Shown in pieces: positions 19,101 through 32,764 of a DNA stretch of 64,000 nt. Positions within the stretch are counted from its first letter, which is position 1, and the number at the start of each line of letters is the position of its first letter. The position numbers were made by a program, and so were the translations under genes. The stretch comes from Haliotis rubra (lineage: Eukaryota): NCBI RefSeq assembly GCF_003918875.1, contig NW_025764948.1, positions 558,001 to 622,000 of the forward strand, read 5' to 3'. The notes beneath the pieces were generated by a model. The model was not told where the DNA came from. It worked only from the letters and a program-made list of their open reading frames with translations, and searched no databases.

Positions 19101-22100
19101 CCTTCACTGAGTATTCACCAGACAGCCCGCTTCCAAGTTGCGTGAACCTATTTCACTGCGCACGTGCTATGAGCGCAGCCAGCTGTTGAAACCCGTATTC
19201 CCCAGAAAAGTCTGGGGAAAATTAGTGAAACGTTTGAACTCCGATTTCACGCGTTTTTTTTCATCGCGTTATTTTTCAACTTTATAAGTTGAATTTGCAT
19301 TTTTGACGCTTTTTTTCGGTAAGTCCATACCGAAAGGTATCAGAATCTGCAAAGTTGTGTTTTACGTTGCATGTGACCTTTAACCTTGTGTGTTTCCGTA
19401 TCATTAATATCATATCTTAGGAATAAAAATTGTATTATGCGAGCCTTTGGCGAATTGTACGTGAATTTATATATGAAGAGAATCGAGCATTCACTTAAGA
19501 ATGCTTAGCGGTACACCAAGGTGAAGGTCGTTCTTGACGGAAGCATATGGTTGTGACTAGTCGCTAATACAGTGCAAACATAACTGATGCCTAAAATAAT
19601 ATCTTTCTGTCTAAAAAGAACAACAAAATTAGGCAGGGTTTTCTTGGTAGTGTTTCTATTTTCATTGTGGGTAATCCCCTCATCAGTATCAGTTTCTGAT
19701 AGCTGATGGAATCGATTCGTCATCTTTTTTTGTTGTGACCGATGGATTGAAATCCTTGGTTGGTGTTTTTCTTAGACGATAGCCTGTCACTCGTGCTACA
19801 TAATCCGTACCTTCAGTTTGAACGAAGTTCTCCGTTTCATGTTTTCCAAAGTCAATTACTGCAGTAACGACTCCAGAACCTCTGTCATCAATCCGTACAG
19901 AATCACCAATTTGGATAATGGGGGCAGCCATGTTTGTTTACAAACCCGTCCATGCTATGTAAACTCGCGACAACGTCATCAATGAAATGTTAAATGTTTT
20001 AGGGTTTGCATGGCATGTATGGAGTTTTGAGAAAGTAGTTTGTGGATTGACGTAATTTGCAAGTTTATCAGATTGCTTTATTGCACCAATAACACCCTAC
20101 ATTAGATGATAAATAGTTTTACTAATGAAATTATAATTAAAAGGAGCCAAGAGGTTGTATTCATTTAAAGAAAATAATCCTGAAACTTTAGCAATAAAGA
20201 CAAGCCAAATATTGCAGACTTGCATGGGCTGTATTGGATATATTTGTTTCAGTTTCAGACTTGGATGTGACTAGTTTCAATTATTTCACTGTTTTGAAAG
20301 GTTTGTTGTGAATGATAAACTAGATGAATGTAATTGGCATATAATTTGATATGCATTTGGATGTTTTCATTTCCAAACTTTAAACTGTTACTTTGTTGTT
20401 CACATGTGTTTCACAACCTTAGGCATGCTAAAGGTGGTTTTGACACTAGTTAAAAACATATTTCATGAAGTAATGGTTGCAGAAACAAATATGATAACAA
20501 TAATTTCTGGGCTTAAATATTGTGGCTAGTTGCCTGAAAGGTTTTCGCACAGACTGACACTATAGCAACAGCATGCACAGCTGCTGCACAACTGCTGAAG
20601 GGTTAATCTTGTATAAATATTTCATCCTCTCTTTAGCAACCCTTATAATTGATTGTCAATGTTTGGTGTTTCTGCAATCTAAATTTCTAAGAATAAGAAT
20701 TGTTCAACATACTACTTGGTTGTTGATCAATAGCAGTAAATCACATGAATTCATTTACATTGTTGGAATATAATTCTTTGTTAAAATATTGATTCTGTCA
20801 GTGCATTAACAAATGTGAGTGCAAACACATTGACATTGATCAACTTCACCATGCTCTCCAGGCATCAGAACCTTCATTAGGGATGTATGAGCTTGACTGA
20901 CACTTTTATTGCTCTTGCACACAAATTACAGAGGCATGTGATATTTTGGTGAAAATTAACTGTTATCATTCGACAGACATTCTGTTGGCAGACTGCTTCC
21001 TACACATGTTACATATGTCACATATAGCAAAAAAATATCAAATGAGTATGGCCCATCAGCTTTTGAAATGACTGGCAAGTTTAGTATGTTATCATATTAT
21101 AATAATTAGGCATCATAATGATTACCCCAAGTCAGTGCTCACACATACATTGTACTTGTCCATATGTCATGACAATTCCCATAATGACCCTCTATGAAGA
21201 AAGTATCTCCATAAAAGCAAATGCAGAGATTATTTATAAACTGTTAAAAAAAACCCACCCACACAGACCAAAAATAATGTACACTACCAACGAGCAATCA
21301 TCGAAAAAAAATTGGTAGGCGTCTTTTTTCAGATTTTCCTATTCAGGTTCTTATTGCAGATAAGTATAACATGGTTCTCTGTTGTTTTTTGTTTCCTGTA
21401 AAAACTGAGCGATTCCGCATTTGCAAACTTCACATCAAATGTAAAATGATTCTATTTTAAAGTGATGACTGATATATCATGAACATTTGGACTTCCTGGA
21501 GTCATGACTTTTTAGTAAGTGAAGTGAGTTTTCTAAGAATTAAACACGTTTTCAGGCCCTGACAACTTTGAAGATATGTTCCATTGTGAAGTGTTTCAAA
21601 CACTGAAACAGTAGTTCCCAAAATCATTTGTGTTCGCTTGTAAAAAATGTGATCGATGGCTTGGTCGTTTGGTCACTGCGACCAATCTTCGATTATATTA
21701 ATTAATCAGAACACCACTAATTGACACACGGATGAACATATGTATTGTTGTCATTGTAGCATTAATTAGTTTACTCACTGCACATGTGTAGATACAAGGG
21801 GGCATTTAGGTCAGTACCATGCCACACTACCCCTTGCAGTCGTCACTGCTCGACACTGCCTTGGAAGGGATTGCTCAAGTCTTTGGATTTTTGCTAGGGG
21901 AATTCTTTGCCATTCCTCCTGCAACGTGTTAGCAAGTTGAGGAAGACGATGACATTTATGGACGCATCTATCAAGTTCATCTCATAGATGGTCAATCGGG
22001 GTCAGATCAGGTGATTTGGAAGGCCAGGAAAGGACACTGACGCTTGCATCAGAGAGATAAGCACCTGTTACACAAGCTGTATGGGGTCAAGCATTGTCAA

Positions 22101-25100
22101 GCATAAAAAAAGAGTGAGGAAGTGAGGTCGCAGGATTTGGTCAATGTAGTGATTTGCTGTAAGATTGCCTTGAACGACCACAAGCTCTGATCTACCAGTG
22201 TAAGACATGGCTCCCCACACCTTGATGCTTCCTCCACCAAATCTGTCCACCTGTCAAACACAGTTCGGCGCAGAATGCTCGTGTCGATGTTGATAGAAAC
22301 ATTGTCTCCCAACCCGTCATTGCAGGAGGAAACGCAATTCATCACTGAACTAAATTCGTCGCCAGTTCCCCAGGTTCCATGCCTGTACCCTGTTGCACCA
22401 TTGGACACGTCGTTGTCGGTGTAGTTGTGTCAGGACAGGTCCAACTTTTGGTCAGTATGCTCAAATTCCCACTTCTCTCAGACGATTTCTGATGGTTTGG
22501 TCTGAAATTCTTAGAAGAGCAGGGACATGTCCTGCAGTTTTTTGTTGCTGTAGCAAATCGATATAGTGTTATAGGGGATGAAGTCTATCCACTTCTCCAC
22601 AAAAGCTGCTCAACAGAATTGATTGAGCTTCTACGTGTGTTTCATTGGGACTCTAAAGGTGTCCATCTCATACCTTGTTCATCTAATTTCTTAATTTTGT
22701 CACTTCTACAGATGTTTGAACTTAGTTGAATTTGGTTCTATTCATCCTGTTCGTCCCATACAACAGGGGGTGTACTTTATCGACTTCTCCTCAAAAACCA
22801 CTGCACAAAACTCATTTAGCTTACATATGTCTTTTATAGAGACTCTAAAGGTGTGCATCTCATATTTTGTTTTTGTATATTGTAGTTTTTTGTATGTTTA
22901 GAGACATTTGAACTTAGATACATTTTGTTGAATTTCTCTTTGATGATAGTGAAATAGGGGGCCTATATCAGATACAATCTGGGAGGAGTAAGTCTATCCA
23001 CTTCTCAACAAAAACTGCTCAACAGAATTGATTAAGCTTATAGATGTATTTCATTGGGACTTGAAAGGTGTGCATCTCATAGTTAGCATTAGTTGCATAG
23101 ATGTTTATTGAACTTGTTTGTGAATTTTGTTCAATTATTGATCTTTATATGTCTTATGAATGTCAGCGGGGGCATCCGTGTCCCTGGACACAAGTTTTCT
23201 TGTTTGAAGAGTGTATAAACTTCCAAATATTTCTACTCACAAAATTGTAAAGTGAAATGGTTATACATTGTATTTGCTTTTGGTAGGCCTTAAATGTGTG
23301 AGGACATTTAGGTAAAAATATTCATCCATATTTGTACAGATATTTACAATAAATTGTTGACAAATGAATTAAAACATAGGCATTGTATGTTGACAGACTG
23401 GTGGAATTCTCCTGCCTACCTGTCAGAAACCCCTAGCCCTTGGCAGTAAGCCTGCTCTTAAGCTAATTCCCATAGACTAAGCCTACAAACATACACAAAG
23501 AGGATTGTCTCCACCAAAATACCATGTATTTGTTTGATAGACAAAAGCTTTACACCTGCTATGTGTGTGCCCCAAAGCATATTTTGGTTACTTTTATCAC
23601 TAAATAATACCCTAGAAATAATATTCTTAACATGCGGATGTCAACTGTGTTCTGTAGACAACTTAGATCTTGTTTTAAAATGTTTTTGAAGCATTATACT
23701 TTTTTGTATAAGGAACCAATATTATCTTTGTTTAGACATATTTTGTAAGCATAATCAGATTATTTGAAATAGAATTAATCATGCATCGTATCCACTATAA
23801 TACATAAACACCCCTGAGACTTATAAAGTGTGATAAAAATATACAGAGTTGAATTTCATGTCAGATTGTGCAGTAGAGAACAAAGTTTGATCAAACATTG
23901 ATGAAACTTTATTCTGTCAGGTAATACTTTTGCTACACACTTTTAACTGTTGAATAATTACTGCTGTATAAAATATGTAAATAAATGTTATACATTGTCG
24001 GTTACCTAATATAATGTTTGTCTTAAAGCATCTAAATGGCTGCCCTCAAATGAGATCTGTTGACATATTATTAAAGTTTGTTAACATGAACATGATAATA
24101 TTTCCACTATACAAAAAAGAAAGGTAGAAACTGCACCCAGTCCTGCACTGTTGGTATTCTTAGAAAAAACCAGTATGAGTATGAATATCATGAGTTTGGT
24201 CAGGGGTTAATACAATGAATATGGTAGTTTTAGTTTAGCAAAGATAAAATTTTATTCTTTGTTTAAAATAATGAGTCAGCAGTAAAAATTTTATTCTCCT
24301 TGTGATACATCCTACATGCATGTTCTGGACAGCCATAAACCGACTTCTGTCAGTGAAAAAGACACTTCTAATCTTGAGTATCCTTATTATGGCTTCTTGA
24401 ACCTTCTAACACACAACACGGTAGAATACATATATCATTTAAGGCAGTGTTTTGAAATTAAGGGGGATCCTGGGGTCCTTGGGCATTGCCTCTTCGAGAA
24501 TCTGGGACCCCTAAATCTTTACAGTGTAACATTAGGGTAATGACAAGGACCCCTTGACTTTTATGCCTAGCACTGGTACAATGACAGGTCTTAAATAATA
24601 AACCTTCAACACTCCTCATTCACAGTGGTCATTATCTTGACCTGTTTATATATATACATGTATATATATATGTGTGTGTGTGTGTGTGTCTGTGTTCATG
24701 GTTTTACGTGACACAGAAATGTGTGTCCTGTACACACAAATGTATAGAATGACCGCAGACAAGAATATGTAATGTGTGCCAAGAATGTACAATACTATGC
24801 ATTTGACAAAAAATGATAATATTCAATAATTAAGGTACAGAGTTACAGATAACTTTTTGGGTCATTGAGTTATGTACTCGCTTGTGTTCATCTCATTTGG
24901 GTATCCTAATTTTTCCTTTGAGTAACCAAATGAATTGTACCCACTTTAGTGTGACAGTACATGTGCATTTCTACATGTATTATGATACTTTTGACTTCAC
25001 ACTCGCTCATTCACTTCAATCAGCTGATAAGATCAACATATTAATATCAACCATTCTATGTCTTTTGTGTCGACAAAATAGTCGGACAGTGAATATTGCC

Positions 25101-28100
25101 TTGTTATACATTTGTCAGTGTCGTTATATATTTTACTTAAGTTCCATTTCAGTTTGAAAGTGTTAGTTTTCAGCTGAAACATTATCATATATTTTGTGTC
25201 TATTTTCTTTCAGAAAAGAATAATGAAATTAACTGTCTTGATTTCTGTGAAGATGGGTACAACTTTGCTACCTCAGGCAAAGACCTTGCAGTCAGAATAT
25301 ATGATACCAAAACTTGCCAGGTAATGTCTCATTGTGTTATATCCCCATGGATCCAAACATTAGTGTTGTTTGTCACATTCAAAGAAACAGTATTCAATGG
25401 ATCACCGTTCATTTAATCTCTTTGATTGACATTTTAGAGTTGATTAGTAAGTATCAATAACACAGGCAAGATGCTTTATGGATGACAATTCCATAAAGCC
25501 TCTTGCATTTGTTATTACTGTTAGTTTTGTTGCACATCTAAATGTTTTGTTACATTTATTATTTGGTTTATGATTCTGGGTCCTGTTCCACAAAGCGTTC
25601 GTAGCACTAAGATAATCGTAACTCCTATACTTTAACATAGACTTATGACTGTTGCTAAGTGCTATGATCGCTTTGAGGAACATATCGTAAATGTTTGTGT
25701 AATTTGTTTTCTATTATGAATAGGCTACATTATCAATACACAATAAGACAGAACTCCCAGATGATGTTGAATATTCCACATTGCAGTTGGTGAATGAATA
25801 TGATGGCTATGACAACTCTAAAGATCCTTCAGATATGAAGTGCTTGGGAAATACACAGAGAGTCTTTGCTTTGAAATACCACCCCGAGTACAACGACATA
25901 TTTCTGACTGGTGGATGGGACAACCATGTCAAGGTTAGCAGCTCAAAACCATGACCATTTTCTAAAATATAGTAATACGTATACATTGTACTCAATTCTT
26001 TCCCTCTGTAAGTGAATCTATTTATATTATGTTTCTAATGTTAACTTTAATCTGGTCAATCTGTAAAGCACCCCAACAAGTATTGTTGTGTTGATGTTGT
26101 TAATGTTTTTGATATTCATACCTGTCACTGTGTGACTTTAGCCAGTTTAGCCTCAGTCTAGTAAATAATGCTTGGTCCAGTAAGCTCAGCTGGTAATAAT
26201 CTAATAACAATGACAGAAAATGAAGTTTTGGCTTTTAGACCTCAGACAGTTAGGCACATTATATGCACAGCATTTTTTTGGTGCAAAACCATAACCTAGG
26301 CTTTCAATCTTAAAACCTTGATCCATATCCCTTCATAAGGAACAGTGCAGTTAAGACCATCTTGAATATTGCTGACCAGTTACCTCTTGAAGGATGCTAG
26401 GTTTCTTATGTAAAATATATAAATGCTTTCTTCAGAGATGTTGAGCAATGAAGTACTGGTGTAACAAACTAAAGAGAAATTCATTTTGGAAGTTTTAATG
26501 TGTGATTGATGACAGTGCATGAAACACATGTGTCATATGTTAGTTAATTAGAATGGTGGCTGTGACGTTACAGGATATGTCTGTATAGAACACGGTTCAA
26601 CACCTCTGTATATGCTATCAGCTTTGCCCATGAAATCAATTCTTCAAGCTTTGAAAGGTATGATAGGTAAAGATGTCCAAGACACATTTAATGTTTATGG
26701 TTGTTTTCAGATCTGGGATTCTCGATCAACAGATGGAATCAAGCGACAGATATGGGGACCTCACATTTGTGGAGACAGTTTGGATCTGAGGGTAATAATT
26801 ACTGATATGGTGCTAAATCCCTATGTTATGAACATTCAGAACTATTGCCCTAAACAGCATTTGTAGCTTCTGTGATGGGTTTATAATATTCATATACAAA
26901 CATACAGTTCACAAATTTCAGTGCATTTGTCTCTATATTGTTATGTTGAAATATTGAAAAGGTCAATGTCACACTTATAACCATCGAGTTATTTACAAGC
27001 ATAATAGAGGTAACTGGTTAAGCTGTTTGAGTGAACTGTGGACTGTTAGTAATCATTCAAATCCCACATCCAATCTCATTCAAATCAGATCTTTGACTCC
27101 CACATCAGAGTAAAAGATCTAATTTAAGCTGGGGGTTCTGTTTTGGCACAGATTTTGTGTACATGTGTTCATCTAAGCAATAATTCTTCCCTACTATTCA
27201 GGGGTATGACATTCTGACTGGATCATGGGTAGCTGAAGATGCTTTAAAGGTGTGGAATTACACTGATGGCAAACCCAAGAAGACGGTGAAATTCCCAGGC
27301 CCTAAGGGTGCCTACCTGTATTGTGCTCAGTTCTGTGACAACAATGTGGTGCTGGCAGGGGGAAGTGGGACTAACAGTGCTAAGGCAATCAATATGGACA
27401 CCAATGAGGTGAGTATGGTTGTGTGCATACATTCAAGCAGCTGGAGTATTTTTAAGTTTTGGAGCATGTGTTATTTAGTCTGGTGTTTTAACAAGTGTTT
27501 CCATTTGTATTTGTGGATAGTCATGTTTTACCATGACTTAATATCTAGAATGTTCCTATTCTAAAAGATGCACATTGGTCAATGGACCTATTATAATATT
27601 ATCAATATTTCATACATTACTTAATTAATTAATAACAACATGAGTCCTGTAGATCATGAATTCAACATGTCACCAAATCAAGGGGTCCTTGCCATAACCC
27701 CAGTGTGTAAAGTTCAAGATAGTGGGTCTCTAAGATTCGTTAATGATAGCTGTAAAACTATTTACTTAGTTTTTATTTAGAACAAAAACTGCTGTATTTG
27801 TAAGGTGGCCTTTACTGAACAATAGGAAGTTCAAGTTATTGATTCTTTAAACCGCTAGACTTCTATTTGTTTGTTTTACAATGCTGATTCAACAGTATTT
27901 CAGCAATATGATTGAAACTTGTAGATGATAAAGACTGGACCAGACAGGCCAGTGATTGATATGTATAGCAATGTCCCACACCATCAGAGTTCCATGACAT
28001 GCAATTAACCAAGACGCCAAGTACATTATGGGTTGCTGAGATCATTTTGTGGAACTTACCCAGTCTGTCCAGAAATTCTGATTCATTTAACAAAAGAAAT

Positions 28101-28784
28101 AGGTCAGAAGATTGTGATACGTATCGATTCATGAAACTTATGTATCGTGGCATCCCTAGTTATTACAGAAAATGAAACATTTTTTCTAAGTAATACACCT
28201 AACTGCTAACTAGAAATTATTAACCAAGTGTATTTTCAGGTGACAAATGTCATACACATGGAAAATAAATATATTACTCAATGAAGTTGAGGACCACATG
28301 ATTCTTTCACATTACTATTGTTCATTTGTAAAAGAATGTTGTGGTTCTTAGCCAATTTACCCAACCCTAGCCACATTTTAATGTGAGTTATAACATGAGT
28401 TATAATGCATTGCATAAGAGTATGTGTTTGTGACAGGTGATAGGTAAGGTGTGCAAGTCTACATGCCTCTTTCACCATGGCTGTTGACTGTGATAGTGAA
28501 GTATCTGCGATTAATTTAATCAATACCAATCTAGATTAAATACAATGCAAGTCTTGATAGCTGAATTCCGCATTATAAAAATAACTATATTTAGAGAAAA
28601 AAGATTCTACAGATATTATAGCTTACCGTTTAATATGATGTATGAGTTAAATGTGTTTTTGTGGCAGGTGATTGGTGAGGTGAAGATGATCAAGCCTGTG
28701 CAGGCCCTTGACACCACCATGGGAGGGAGGCTGTTTGCTGTGGCTGGAGCTGATGACTGTATCAAGTTGTGTGCCATGTCATGA
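16191..28784 (+). CDS. Uncharacterised WD40-repeat (beta-propeller) protein, 8 exons, 348 aa
   Basis: Exons 16191-16269, 16814-16941, 17273-17453, 25214-25320, 25787-25933, 26711-26791, 27202-27408, 28668-28784 (1047 nt, all GT-AG, phases consistent, no internal stop). WD blades: VFAVRYSYDGEMLAVGFRNGAIQ, INCLDFCEDGYNFATSGKDLAVRIYD, VFALKYHPEYNDIFLTGGWDNHVKIWD, GPHICGDSLD, ILTGSWVAEDALKVWN. Probable poly(A) signal AATAAA at ~30452. The exon 1/2 boundary is the least certain. Confidence 0.9.
18320..19379. mobile_element. Non-autonomous Kolobok-like DNA transposon
   Basis: TIR aggtcacatgcaac / gttgcatgtgacct with TTAA target-site duplication (18316-19, 19380-83); no coding capacity. Confidence 0.8.
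19505..19931 (-). mobile_element. Probable Crypton-type (tyrosine recombinase) element fragment, N-terminal part
   Basis: Frameshifted ORF pair; NRFHQLSETDTDEGITHNENRNTTKKT resembles the RF..LSE.D.D..I....N.NT.KKT N-terminus that precedes DUF3504/Crypton recombinase domains. The catalytic domain is absent. Confidence 0.45.
21810..23214 (-). mobile_element. Decayed Tc1/mariner remnant with nested insertion
   Basis: Minus-strand remnants RNRLREVG..GPVLTQLHRQRRVQWC, DRFGGGSIKVWGAMSYTGRSELVVVQGNLTANHYIDQILRPH, WPSKSPDLTPIDHL; TIR-like end tttgaagagtgTA|TA at ~23204-23216. Confidence 0.8.
22570..23203. mobile_element. Helentron/Helitron-like non-autonomous element with ~200-bp internal tandem units
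   Basis: Three units (cacttctc..aaaactgc..attga..agctt..tcattgggact.taaaggtgtgcatctcata) at ~22580, ~22775 and ~22990; end motif gcgggggcatccgtgtccctggacacaag..ttcttgtt typical of molluscan HINE-like elements. Confidence 0.5.
24647..24695. repeat. (TA)n(TG)n microsatellite
   Basis: Direct inspection. Confidence 0.85.
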
Positions 28785-30611
28785 GGATGTGCTCATCCAT
28801 GGTACTACAGTGCATAGAGAGTTGTCTCCCATATCAGCATGCACATGCCATGTCCTCATTTGTAATGTGACCTGGACAAAGCTCTTCCATCTGGTCTGCC
28901 TGTCAGTGTATACACTACAACAAGAAGATAGACAAAAACTATACCAGGAACTGCCTGTAGCCTGACAATATGTTTGCTTCGAGCATGACTGTGATCACAG
29001 AATTTATAAACCACACGAAATTTGACCCTGTCATCTCAATGGTTTTGGGATAGTGAGAATATATTGTCATTTGTCAGTGTTTCATGCTCATTTCACATTT
29101 CCACTCACAAGTTGCACTACAAGTTCTGTTGTTACAGTAAAGTTTATGAAGTCATATGTATTGTGATGTATCTTATTACTTTTGCTGTTCTTTAATACAT
29201 GCACATATACATGCTCTGCATTGTAGCAGAAACTTACATTCCAAAATGTTGTGATCCTCATAATACAAAAGTAAACATCCATGTATTCTCTCCCTTATAA
29301 TCTGTTATCTGCAGTGAACCTTTAACCAGATGTTCAATCCAACAAACCTGGAATTTACATGGATTGTATGATGTTTGATTGATAATGTCGGGTGATCCTT
29401 GATTTCATTTCAGTAGTACGATTTGCCATGGGGAAACTTGTCGATTTTTGTTTGCTGATTAAGCAAATATGTTTCTTCCATTCTTGAGATGCTTGCAGTA
29501 TTGGTTGCAGTACATGTTTCATGTCTGTCCACTGCATCACATTGCTTATTTAATCTTTATGTTTGTCTACTTCACCTATATCACCTTTTGATTATTTGGA
29601 CTTGGCATAGATTTGATGAGTGTATGTTTTAAATGAAACAAAGGCAATTCCAATGGATTCAAGTGCAGTCAAGTTGATTTATTGTACACATGTGTATAAT
29701 TTTCAACAGTTACAATGAACCTATCAGAACAAACAGAAAAGGGAAGAAAGCTATTAAAAAATCTGGTAATTGGATAGGAACAAAATAATACAGCATGTGT
29801 GAAATTCCATGGCAATACCAAAACATGACCATCTCATGTATTGACCAGCATGTCAGTTATTTTTATACTGTTACACAGAAAGCTTGTTTTAGCCTTCCTT
29901 ATAATATTGAATCTGTTCTGTATGCAGATAGTGTGTTGTGTTATGGTGGTTGTGTTCATAGTGCTTTAGTTATATTGAATCTCCCAAGCAGACATATTGC
30001 CCTTTCATTCACCAGGCAATTGAAGGGAAATAATTCTGGAAAGGAATGTATGTTTCTTAGGTTTGTACCATGTTCCTTTTTATGCCTAATGTCTTGGCAT
30101 CGCACTTCATCAAACAGTATTTTATACATATAGAAAGTATTTTGAAGTTTAAATATTATTGTTGTAGCCTATTTAATAAGTTATAAATATCAATGAGACT
30201 TCATGGAAGATTGTTACTATACCTGTTAACATCCCTGTATCTAAGTGAATTAATGTGGTTTTGATTGAGGTTTCACTAATTTTCAGTGATTGGAACCACA
30301 GTATATCTTTTTTGGCTCCATTTGTAATCACTACATCATTGTACATGCGTTAATTGTTACCAAATCTGTGAAAGTTGTTCTGTCCAGCATTATACACACA
30401 TGTTGTATTATTTTTGTTTATAAAGATACTTCATGTTATCATTTTGTTATGAATAAATTCATTCTGAAGATATTCTGGTGTTTGATTTATTTTGAATTGA
30501 AACACAGATCAACGCACGCGCACACACACACATAGCCATAAATTATGAATGGTCCCTAAGTGATGTGGGGACAGAATGTTACATTGTACATGCCTCTAAG
30601 CAAACATCCCT

Positions 30612-30830
30612 GCCGTGAAGATCCAGGTTAGAAATGGTCTTCAGCAACAATGCAAGAGGCAACTAAAGTGATTGGGTGGTCAGGCCGGTTGATTTGGCTG
30701 ACACCTGTCAGCGTATCATAACTGGATAGATTGATGCTCATGATGTCAATCACTAGAGTGTCTGGTCCAGAATAATTACAGACCACCGTCATATACATGG
30801 AAACTTGCTGAGTGTGATGTTAAACAACAA
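30612..30830 (+). mobile_element. Nin-domain-type SINE
   Basis: ccgtgaagatccaggttagaaatggtcttcagcaac..aagaggcaactaa..gggtggtcagg..cagaccaccgtcatata..ttgctgagtgtgatgttaaacaacaa; paralogous to 39705-39854 + 41114-41168. Confidence 0.7.
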
Positions 30831-31295
30831 AGACCCTTTATCAGCACCAAAAATAGCTGTGAATGTTTTCCCCAAATGAAAGCAAGCAGATGTAAAGTAA
30901 AGTAGATATTTTATTTACGTGAAATGGAATTACCACTTGTTACAATGACATGTGTGTATGATAAAAGAATTAACATGAAATCATACATACAGATAATTTA
31001 CCCATCAAAACATAAATTATTGTAATGTTGATCTCTGCAAGTACTGTCATTGCCCTTTACACAAACCTGTCTTAAAGGATTGTAAATGGGTCTGTCAATA
31101 CCTTATTGAATTAGAGAGTCTAAATCAGTCAATATCTGACAGAACAGGGTCTCTGGGTGAAGGTTATCCTTCCCCCGACATGTTAGAAACCGGGGTTGAG
31201 AATCCGTTGAAGAACAGAGTCATGTCAACATAAGCTGAAACAATATAAGACATTGTCTGATACAGAAATAGATATTTCCAAAAAATGCTATACCA
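30830..31295 (-). pseudogene. Truncated inverted ependymin-related paralogue (end of intron 4, last exon and 3' UTR only)
   Basis: The reverse complement aligns with 46150-46685: acceptor tattgtttcag|CTTATGTTGACATGACTCTGTTCTTCAACGGATTCTCAACCCCGGTTTCTAAC (YVDMTLFFNGFSTPVSN) and a homologous 3' UTR with AATAAA. An internal deletion removes VFDVPSPC*. Upstream exons not found. Confidence 0.85.
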
Positions 31296-31508
31296 CAGAA
31301 ATGAATGAATAGCTTTATCATAATAATTGATATCACCCGCAAGAGATATGAGCATATTCTAAATACATCATGGAGGGTGATCGTTTCTAAATGTTTTGCT
31401 TTCTGGAGAAATAGCCTGAGTTCCCTGTCTAGACAAATGTACAAGTTACAAATAATGCTCCTCTCTTATTGCCACTCACATACTTTGTTTTAGTAGGAAG
31501 GCCCAGAG

Positions 31509-32764
31509 TACGAAAGCACAGAGGGGTCAAAATGGTGTTTTGAATTTTCTTTTCCACAAGTAGTAATAACCACTTTTTTTCTGGTAATTACCACTTTTTC
31601 TGTTAAATACCACTTTTTTCTGGTAATTAAAATATTTGAAACTGGTAATTGCAAACTTTTTCTGTTAAATACCACTTCTGAAACTGGTAATTACCACTTT
31701 TTTCTGGTAAATACCACTTTTGAAACAAGTAAATTATATAGAACTTTTAAATTTTACCTATTCTTATTTATATTCATTTCATGCGTTTTAAAATAATCTT
31801 TTAATATCACAGTTGAACTTTCATTGTACATACTAAATGTTATGTACATTTTTGCCATTTTAAAAAATAACGCCATGAATTGATTGATGCATTTAAGTTT
31901 GCATATAGTTTCTATAAATATATCTTAATCATTTCAGAATATCTAGATACACATGTATCATTTTCAGCTTCGGTATTAAAGAAAATCCACAGCTTACAAT
32001 TTTGTTCATTACAGGAATGTCTTGTCCAAATCTTGAGTTTATTTTGTGCATTTTCATTTTTTGATTGCTTAACTTACTCGTTTAAATAAAAAGAGGATAC
32101 TAAACGACCTTCCGTATGATACCTTTTTTTTTAAACGAGTTAATGATATCAAACGAGCAAAAGCGAGTTTAGTATTCTGTTCATTACTCTCCAACATAAA
32201 TTGATAGAAACTGCCTACAGTGTGGTGACTCTCAGCTTTCCGCTAGTCAAGCAGGGTCTAATACCATTGTGACAGAGAGTAATTAGCATTGTCACATCAT
32301 AACTGTAAACCATTTTATTATATAGGTAGTATTTTTCCTGTACCACGATTGGTCAAAAGACCGTCACATGATTGACTACAAAACACGATATTGACTTGAG
32401 TTTTCTGATAAATTACGATATTGACTTGGGTTACTAAAAATAGACAAGGAATCCCGTACGAAGGGGCCTCCCCCGCTTTTCAGCCAATCAGATCACTCGG
32501 ATAGATGGCACAGTGTGTGCATTAAAAGTTTATGTTAAAACCCGTTTCTCTTTCATTATATAATAAAACAATTATAGACTCTTGCAGAGGTCGATATCGG
32601 TTTTTATTGACCTGAGAAAAACAATATCGACCTCGCAAGCTCGGTCGATATTGTTTTACTCAGATCAATAAAACCGATATCGACCTCTACAAGAGTCTAT
32701 AATTGTATAATATCGTCCCCAGAAAATTAAAAAAAACCCATTTTGATCCCCCTGAGCTTTCTTA
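31509..32764. mobile_element. Non-autonomous TIR element with internal minisatellite and nested palindromic element
   Basis: Imperfect ~27-bp inverted termini tacgaaagcacagaggggtcaaaatgg / ccattttgatccccctgagctttctta; (accactttttt ctggtaatt)n array at ~31568-31725. Confidence 0.55.
32568..32706. repeat. ~139-bp near-perfect inverted repeat (hairpin)
   Basis: ~65-bp arms acaattatagactcttgcagaggtcgatatcggtttttattgacctgagaaaaacaatatcgacc and its reverse complement (about 4 mismatches/indels), loop tcgcaagctc. Confidence 0.9.
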
